From Alkalilimnicola ehrlichii MLHE-1 (GTDB lineage: Bacteria > Pseudomonadota > Gammaproteobacteria > Nitrococcales > Halorhodospiraceae), in the NCBI RefSeq assembly GCF_000014785.1, contig NC_008340.1, positions 570,001 through 602,000 on the forward strand: a stretch of 32,000 nt of DNA, read 5' to 3'. Positions 26,289 to 32,000 of this stretch are shown here, one piece after another. Both the position numbers and the translations under genes were made by a program. The notes under the pieces were generated by a model. The model saw nothing but the letters and a program-made list of their open reading frames with translations, had not been told where the DNA came from and did no database searches. Each line of letters starts with the position of its first letter. The stretch's first letter is position 1.

Positions 26289-27044
26289 ATGGATGCGAGC
26301 AAGCGCCGTCGTGGCATCTATCTGCTGCCCAACCTCCTGACCACCGGTTGTCTGTTTTTCGGCTTCTTCGCCATCATCTCGGCCTTCAACGGCGACTTCC
26401 GCAACGCGGCCCTGGCCATCTTCATTGCCATGGTCTTCGATGGCCTGGACGGCCGTGTGGCACGGATGACCAACACCCAAAGCGACTTCGGCGTACAGTT
26501 TGACAGCATTGCGGACATGGTCAGCTTCGGCGTAGGGCCGGCCCTGGTGGCCTGGATCTGGGCGCTCTCCGGCACCGCCAGCCTGCCCGGGCCGTTGGCC
26601 AAGCTGGGTCTGCTGATCGCCTTCGTCTACGCGGCCTGCGCGGCACTGCGCCTGGCCCGGTTCAACACCCAGGTGGGGATGGCGGACAAGCGCTACTTCC
26701 AGGGGCTGCCCAGTCCGGCGGCCGCCGGTGTGGTGGCGGGGCTGATCTGGGTGGGGGATCACCTGGGTATCAGCGACGGCAGTGCCATGATCGCCAGTGG
26801 GGTCATTGTCCTCACGGCCGGCCTGCTGATGGTCAGCCGATTGCGCTACTATAGCTTCAAAGAGGTGGACTTCCGCTACCGGGTGCCCTTCTTCACCATG
26901 GTGGTGGTGCTGCTTGCCCTGGCCTTCCTACTGATCCACCCGCCCACCGTGCTTTTCGCCGGTTTTTTCATCTACATGCTCTCCGGTCCCGCGCTCACCT
27001 GGCATCAGCGTCGCCGACGCGTGCGCGAGGGGCGCTCCGGCTGA
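26289..27044 (+). CDS. pssA: CDP-diacylglycerol--serine O-phosphatidyltransferase (type II, CDP-alcohol phosphatidyltransferase family)
   Basis: Start at the ATG at 26289 (MDASKRRRGIYLLPNLLTTGCLFFGFFAI...). The CDP-OH-P motif is DGLDGRVARMTNTQSDFGVQFDSIADMVSFG. Confidence 0.9.
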   Translation: MDASKRRRGIYLLPNLLTTGCLFFGFFAIISAFNGDFRNAALAIFIAMVFDGLDGRVARMTNTQSDFGVQFDSIADMVSFGVGPALVAWIWALSGTASLPGPLAKLGLLIAFVYAACAALRLARFNTQVGMADKRYFQGLPSPAAAGVVAGLIWVGDHLGISDGSAMIASGVIVLTAGLLMVSRLRYYSFKEVDFRYRVPFFTMVVVLLALAFLLIHPPTVLFAGFFIYMLSGPALTWHQRRRRVREGRSG

Positions 27045-27092
27045 TCGGCCGGGCCACAGCGGGATGCCCCCGCCACCCCGGCTCGCCATCGG

Positions 27093-28055
27093 TCAGGGCC
27101 AGCGCCGCCGGATCAGCCAGTAGCGCCGCTGCGGGCGGGTGGCCGGCGGGATGACCCGCAGGGTGAACGGCGGCCGACCCAAGAGCTCCGACGGGGTCGC
27201 CGCCGGTCGCCGATGCGCCAGGTTCTGCAGGCGTTGGATGCGCTCCTCGGTTGGTGGGTGGGTGCGCAGCCATGGCGGGGCCAGTTGCGGGGTGCGCCCG
27301 AAGAGGCTGCGCAACCAGCCCCCATTGAACCGTTCCAGCTTCACCAGGGCCGACATCAACCCTTCGGGGTCGCCGGTGAGGTTCGCCGCCTCCATGTCCG
27401 CCGCGTACTCCCGGTTCCGGGACAGGGCCAGTTGCAGCAGGGTGCTGGCGCTGGGGGCGAACAGAATGGCGAGGAAGAGCAGCCAGGGGATGGGCAGCTC
27501 GCCCGCCAGCCACCAGGGCAACAGCAGGAGCAGCACCACCTGGCCCAGCACCGCCGCCCAGAAGGTGAGCCGGGCCATGGCGTCGGCCATGGCCATCACC
27601 GTGGTGTCGTTGTGCCGCAGGTGGCTGACCTCGTGGGCCAGTACGCCGGCCAGTTCGCGCAGGTTCAAGGTGCGCAGCAGACCGCTGCTGACGGCGATGC
27701 CGCCGTCGTCCCGGTGACCGACCGCAAAGGCATTTAAGGCCGGAGAGGGCAGGTAATAGAGCGTGGGGCGGTGGCGCAGCCCCGCCCGTCGGTAGAGCTC
27801 CGTCAGCACCTGGTAGAGCTCCGGCGCCGCCCGCACCGGCAAGGGCGAGGCACCGGAGTGGGCAAGCAGCAACCGGGCGGGCAGGCTGCGCGCCGCGAGG
27901 CTGGTGATCAGCGCCAGGGCCACCGCCCAGACCAACCCGGCGCCGCCGGCCAGGAGCCAGCCCATCAGCCCCAGGAGCAGGGTCAGACCCCCTAACAGCA
28001 GGGCGGCGGCGAGCAGATTCTGTAGCTTGCGGTACGCCAGGTTTGCGGTGTCCAT
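27093..28055 (-). CDS. M48-family zinc metallopeptidase (HtpX-like), membrane-bound
   Basis: Start at the ATG at 28055 (MDTANLAYRKLQNLL...). Two N-terminal TM helices, the HEVSH zinc motif, a further TM pair, and the downstream NREYAAD glutamate motif. The upstream 98 codons of the track ORF look non-coding. Confidence 0.85.
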   Translation of the reverse strand: MDTANLAYRKLQNLLAAALLLGGLTLLLGLMGWLLAGGAGLVWAVALALITSLAARSLPARLLLAHSGASPLPVRAAPELYQVLTELYRRAGLRHRPTLYYLPSPALNAFAVGHRDDGGIAVSSGLLRTLNLRELAGVLAHEVSHLRHNDTTVMAMADAMARLTFWAAVLGQVVLLLLLPWWLAGELPIPWLLFLAILFAPSASTLLQLALSRNREYAADMEAANLTGDPEGLMSALVKLERFNGGWLRSLFGRTPQLAPPWLRTHPPTEERIQRLQNLAHRRPAATPSELLGRPPFTLRVIPPATRPQRRYWLIRRRWP

Positions 28056-28153
28056 CCGGTCAGTTATGACGGAAACCGGTGCTCGGGCGCAAGCGTTCGG
28101 GTGGCGGCCGCCGGCCCGGGGGGAAAGACCCGGCAGGACGGTGGTGATTGGGG

Positions 28154-28183
28154 TTGTCAGTGCACAGGGTTCGCGTTTATAGT
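28154..28183 (+). promoter_or_regulatory. Candidate sigma70 promoter of leuA
   Basis: TTGTCA (28154-28159), 18 nt, TATAGT (28178-28183), about 285 nt upstream of the leuA ATG. Sequence match only. Confidence 0.35.
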
Positions 28184-28467
28184 CAAGCTCAATCGGTTCC
28201 AACACAACGGCCAGAGTGTTCCATACCTCATGATCTTCCAAGGGTTGCCCAGCGACGCAATCTCCACCGGCGCCTCCCGGCGTTGGGCGTCGTCCCTGTC
28301 CGGCCGTCCGCTGCTGACCTTCACCAGTCTGCGACTGCTGCTGCCGCAAGGCAGCTAAGTCACCCCCACCTCACAGTCTGTCCAGTTTCCAGGCCCGCGT
28401 CTCGGCAGCGGGAGGGTATTCGTATAAGGTGGTCGGCGTGCGCGGCCGGCCTTCCGGGAGAACCATC

Positions 28468-30021
28468 ATGAGCGAGAAAGAAAGACTCATCATCTTCGAC
28501 ACCACGTTGCGCGACGGCGAGCAGAGCCCCGGCGCCTCCATGACCCGCGAGGAGAAGGTGCGCATCGGCCGTGCCCTGGAGCGACTGAAGGTGGATGTCA
28601 TCGAGGCCGGTTTCCCCGCCGCCAGCGAAGGCGACTTCGAGTCGGTCCGCGCCGTCGCCCGTGCGGTACGGGGCAGCCGTATCTGCGGCCTGGCGCGCGC
28701 CCGCGAGGACGATATCCGGCGGGCCGGTGAGGCGCTGCAGGAGGCCGAGGCCGGGCGTATCCACACCTTCCTGGCCACCTCGCCCATCCACATGGAGAAG
28801 AAGCTGCGGATGACCCCCGACGAGGTGGTGGATGCCGCCGTCCGGGCGGTGAAGCTGGCCCGCTCCCTTTGCGACGATGTGGAGTTCTCGCCGGAGGACG
28901 CCGGGCGTTCCGATCCGGAGTTCCTCTGCCGGGTCATTGAGGCGGTGATCGACGCTGGCGCCGGCACCGTGAACATCCCCGATACGGTGGGCTACAACCT
29001 GCCCGAGCAATTCGGCGGGTTGATCGGGCGGCTGCGCGAGCGGGTGCCCAACTCCGACAAGGCGGTCTTCTCGGTGCACTGCCACAACGATCTGGGGGTG
29101 GCGGTGGCCAACTCCCTGGCCGCGGTGATGAACGGGGCCCGACAGGTGGAGTGCACCATCAACGGCCTGGGCGAGCGGGCCGGCAACGCCGCACTGGAGG
29201 AGGTGGTCATGGCGGTGCGCACCCGGCAGGACTTCTTCCCCTGCGACACCGGGATCGATGCCCACGAGATCGTCCCTGCCAGCCGCCTGGTGGCCAATAT
29301 CACCGGTTTCCAGCCCCAGCCGAACAAGGCCATCGTGGGCGCCAACGCCTTCGCCCACGAGTCGGGCATCCACCAGGACGGGGTGCTCAAGCACCGCGAG
29401 ACCTACGAGATCATGCGCGCCGAGGACGTGGGCTGGCACACCAACCGCATGGTGCTGGGCAAGCACTCGGGCCGCAACGCCTTCCGCGCCCGGCTCAAGG
29501 ATCTGGGCATCGAGTTTGAGTCGGAGGAGCAGCTTAACGAGGCCTTTCAGCGCTTCAAGGGGCTGGCGGACAAGAAGCACGAGATCTTCGACGAGGACCT
29601 GCAGGCGCTGGTCACCGAGGCCAACCTGGAGCTGGAGAACGAGCGTTACCGGCTGCTCGCGCTGCGGGTCTGCTCCGAGACCGGGGAGACCCCGGAGGCG
29701 ATTGTCACCCTGGCGGTGGACGGCCACGAGCGCAGGGCGGTCTGTCCGGGCAGTGGTCCGGTAGATGCCGCCTTCAAGGCCATTGAGGAGCTGGTCGGGG
29801 CGGCGGATACCGAGCTGTTGCTCTACTCGGTGAGCAATATCACCACCGGGACCGACTCCCAGGGCGAGGTGACCGTGCGCCTGGAACGGGGTGGGCGGAT
29901 CGTCAACGGGCAAGGCTCGGACACCGACATCGTCATCGCCTCGGCCAAGGCCTACCTGAACGCCCTGAACAAGATCGACCAGGGTGAGCTGCGGCGCCAC
30001 CCGCAGGCGGCGGACGTTTAG
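28468..30021 (+). CDS. leuA: 2-isopropylmalate synthase
   Basis: Start at the ATG at 28468 ([25 protein letters not shown]...). The HxH motif (VHCHNDLG) and the C-terminal LeuA dimerisation/regulatory domain are present. It is 517 aa. Confidence 0.95.
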   Translation: MSEKERLIIFDTTLRDGEQSPGASMTREEKVRIGRALERLKVDVIEAGFPAASEGDFESVRAVARAVRGSRICGLARAREDDIRRAGEALQEAEAGRIHTFLATSPIHMEKKLRMTPDEVVDAAVRAVKLARSLCDDVEFSPEDAGRSDPEFLCRVIEAVIDAGAGTVNIPDTVGYNLPEQFGGLIGRLRERVPNSDKAVFSVHCHNDLGVAVANSLAAVMNGARQVECTINGLGERAGNAALEEVVMAVRTRQDFFPCDTGIDAHEIVPASRLVANITGFQPQPNKAIVGANAFAHESGIHQDGVLKHRETYEIMRAEDVGWHTNRMVLGKHSGRNAFRARLKDLGIEFESEEQLNEAFQRFKGLADKKHEIFDEDLQALVTEANLELENERYRLLALRVCSETGETPEAIVTLAVDGHERRAVCPGSGPVDAAFKAIEELVGAADTELLLYSVSNITTGTDSQGEVTVRLERGGRIVNGQGSDTDIVIASAKAYLNALNKIDQGELRRHPQAADV

Positions 30022-30025
30022 CGCC

Positions 30026-30820
30026 ATGGGCGACGCTGGCCGCGACGCCCGCCGGTACCAACGGCTGCGGCAGATGGGGGTTGATCTCTATGTGCCGCGG
30101 CCGGGGGCGGGGCCGCAGGTGGCGGATGCCGTTCCGGCCGGGCCGGACCCGGTGCGGGATGGGGCGCCAGAGCCCGGGCCGGCGCCGGCGGACGTGGTCA
30201 CGGCGCCCCCCGCGGCGGAACCGGCCGCTGCCTCCGAGGCGGACCCCACCAGCGGTGACGTGGCGCGGCTGAACTGGGCCGCTCTGGAAGACCGGGTGGC
30301 CGGGTGCCGCCTGTGCGGGCTCTGTGAAGGGCGCCGTAACACCGTCTTCGGGGTGGGCAGTCGGCAGGCGGATCTGGTCCTGGTGGGCGAGGGGCCCGGG
30401 GCCGAGGAGGATAAGCGGGGCGAGCCCTTCGTGGGCCAGGCCGGGCGCCTGTTGGATCGCATGCTGGCCGCCATCGGCCTGGATCGCTCCCGGGTCTACA
30501 TCTGCAACGTGGTGAAGTGCCGGCCGCCGCGCAATCGCGACCCGCGGCCCGAGGAGGTCGCGGCGTGCCGGCCTTATCTGGAACGTCAGCTCACCCTGCT
30601 GGAGCCACGCTTGATCGTCGCCCTGGGCCGGGTCTCCGCCCATCAGCTACTCAATGTCACCACGCCGCTGGGGCGGCTCCGGGGTGGGCTGCATCGCTAT
30701 GCCCCGGTGGATGTCCCCTTGCTGGCCACCTATCATCCTGCTTACCTGTTACGTAACCCCGCGGACAAGGCGAGGGCCTGGGAGGATCTCAAGCGTATCC
30801 GCCGGATCCTGGCGGAATAG
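30026..30820 (+). CDS. Uracil-DNA glycosylase family 4 (Fe-S type) with Pro/Ala-rich N-terminal extension
   Basis: The ATG at 30026 lies 4 nt after the leuA stop. Motifs present: CRLCGLC, GEGPGAEEDKRGEPFVGQAG, VVKCRPPRNR and HPAYLLR. The N-terminal RYQRLRQMGVDLYVPR block resembles the conserved leader of proteobacterial family-4 UDGs. Confidence 0.85.
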   Translation: MGDAGRDARRYQRLRQMGVDLYVPRPGAGPQVADAVPAGPDPVRDGAPEPGPAPADVVTAPPAAEPAAASEADPTSGDVARLNWAALEDRVAGCRLCGLCEGRRNTVFGVGSRQADLVLVGEGPGAEEDKRGEPFVGQAGRLLDRMLAAIGLDRSRVYICNVVKCRPPRNRDPRPEEVAACRPYLERQLTLLEPRLIVALGRVSAHQLLNVTTPLGRLRGGLHRYAPVDVPLLATYHPAYLLRNPADKARAWEDLKRIRRILAE

Positions 30821-30848
30821 CCCTGTGCCCGGCCCATCGGAGGCGCCC

Positions 30849-31334
30849 ATGGTAGCCGTCGTTGCCCCCCGGCCCGGAAGGATCCGGGCGATGATTGAGG
30901 CGGATCTCCCCGAAGTGGTGCAGGTGGAGCAGCGCTCCTATTCCTGGCCGTGGTCCTACGGCATCTTCCGCGACTGCCTGCGCGCCGGGTATCCCGGCTG
31001 GGTCTATGTGCGGGGCGGGCATATCGTGGGCTTCGTGCTGATCTCGGCGGTGGCCGGAGAGGGCCATATCCTGAACCTATGCGTCAGTCCGGAGGTGCGC
31101 CGGGAGGGGGTGGGGCAGGCGCTGCTGGAACGGGTGATCGCGGATGCCCCCACCTTCGAGGTGCAGGAGCTCTTCCTGGAGGTGCGACCCAGCAACAAGG
31201 GCGCCCAGGCTCTCTACCGCTCGGCGGGCTTCGAGCGAATCGGGCGACGCCGCGGCTATTACCCGGCTACCGGGGGGCGGGAGGATGCCCTGGTGCTGGC
31301 GCGGCTGATCGAGGGGCCGGGCGGTGGGGCGTGA
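30849..31334 (+). CDS. rimI: Ribosomal-protein-alanine N-acetyltransferase
   Basis: ATG at 30849 with GGAGG 6 nt upstream; ATG at 30891 (MIEADLPEVVQVEQRSYSWPW) is an alternative. The GNAT core is ILNLCVSPEVRREGVGQALLE...LEVRPSNKGAQALYRSAGFE...YYPA, closely patterned on RimI. Confidence 0.85.
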   Translation: MVAVVAPRPGRIRAMIEADLPEVVQVEQRSYSWPWSYGIFRDCLRAGYPGWVYVRGGHIVGFVLISAVAGEGHILNLCVSPEVRREGVGQALLERVIADAPTFEVQELFLEVRPSNKGAQALYRSAGFERIGRRRGYYPATGGREDALVLARLIEGPGGGA

Positions 31335-31338
31335 GCGG

Positions 31339-31530
31339 ATGGGCTGGTGGCAGGTCCTGATGAGCACCCTGGCGGCGGCCTTCGGGGTGCAGACCGAGCA
31401 GGCCCGGCGGCGCGATTTTACCCAGGGGAGCCCCTGGTTGTTCATCGCCGCCGGCGTGGCCTTCACGCTGGTCTTTATCCTGGTTCTGGTGCTGATCGTC
31501 CGGGTAGTGCTCGCCAGCGCCGGGGCTTGA
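31339..31530 (+). CDS. DUF2970-family small membrane protein
   Basis: ATG at 31339 (MGWWQVLMSTLAAAFGVQTEQARRRDF...). The AAFGVQ..RDF motif and a single C-terminal TM helix are as I recall for DUF2970. Confidence 0.65.
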   Translation: MGWWQVLMSTLAAAFGVQTEQARRRDFTQGSPWLFIAAGVAFTLVFILVLVLIVRVVLASAGA

Positions 31531-31591
31531 GCCCGGTGGGCAGCGTCGCCCTGACGCGACCCGCCGCCTCAGGCTCGGCCCGGTATGCCGC

Positions 31592-32000
31592 TCAGACCCG
31601 GGCGATCTTCTCGCGCTGGGTCTCGATCTTCTCCAGGGCGGAGCGCTGGTCGGCGAGTTTGTCGCGCTCCTTCTGGACCACCGCCTCCGGCGCCTTGGTG
31701 ATGAAGTTCTCGTTGCCCAGTTTGCCCTCCAGGCGCGCCACCTCCTTTTGCAGGCGCTGGCGGGCCTTGTCCAGGCGGGCCAGCTCGGCGTCCTTGTCGA
31801 TCAGGCCGGCCATGGGTACCAGGAGCTGCATGTCGCCCACCAGGGCGATGGCGGATTCGGGCGCCTCGCCGGTGACCTCCTCGATGGACTCCAGCCGGGC
31901 CAGGGTCTTGAGGAAGGCGTCGTAGTTCTCCAACCGGGCGCGGTCCTCGGGGGCGGTGTTCTGCAGCAGCACCGGTAGTGGCTTGGCCGGTGACAGATCC
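31592..32000 (-). CDS. valS: Valine--tRNA ligase, C-terminal part (gene continues beyond the right edge)
   Basis: The frame is open to the window edge (...DLSPAKPLPVLLQNTAPEDRARLENYDAFLKTLARLESI...). It ends with the characteristic ValRS coiled-coil tail (LARLDKARQRLQKEVARLEGKLGNENFITKAPEAVVQKERDKLADQ...). Confidence 0.9.
   Translation of the reverse strand, partial: DLSPAKPLPVLLQNTAPEDRARLENYDAFLKTLARLESIEEVTGEAPESAIALVGDMQLLVPMAGLIDKDAELARLDKARQRLQKEVARLEGKLGNENFITKAPEAVVQKERDKLADQRSALEKIETQREKIARV

Noticed and set aside
28360-30027. 555-aa minus-strand ORF
   Set aside because: It is an antisense shadow of leuA with no motifs.

Overview
GC-rich (by eye about two-thirds G+C) chromosomal segment with gene content typical of a gammaproteobacterium; a finer lineage cannot be assigned from this window. 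I call 31 protein-coding genes, two of them cut by the window edges. They are mostly housekeeping: tamA-tamB, proS, the valS 3' end, ilvH-ilvC, pssA, leuA, trmH, rimI, a family-4 uracil-DNA glycosylase and sufT. I found no rRNA, tRNA, CRISPR array, transposase, integrase or phage genes, and no recognisable defence or toxin-antitoxin module. Many long ORFs in the supplied track are antisense or alternate-frame shadows of real genes, as expected at this GC content, and I rejected them. I do not see a convincing new multi-gene system. The observations most worth a second look are listed here. (1) A 141-bp tandem array of REP-like hairpin modules between trmH and a small periplasmic protein gene. 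(2) A translationally coupled operon: GNAT/carbon-nitrogen hydrolase fusion, PA2779-like protein, then PA2778-like C39-type cysteine peptidase lipoprotein, all of unknown function. (3) A 112-aa unknown protein whose stop overlaps the start of a CBS-PAS-GGDEF-EAL enzyme and that carries weak PilZ-like motifs. (4) A block of lipoprotein, orphan NfeD, phasin and DUF3185 genes between ilvC and pssA, and an ilvH with no adjacent large-subunit gene. (5) Several structured or motif-rich intergenic regions: downstream of sufT, the proS leader, the phasin promoter and the leuA leader. Family assignments come from reading motifs in the translations and from memory. No database search was run.
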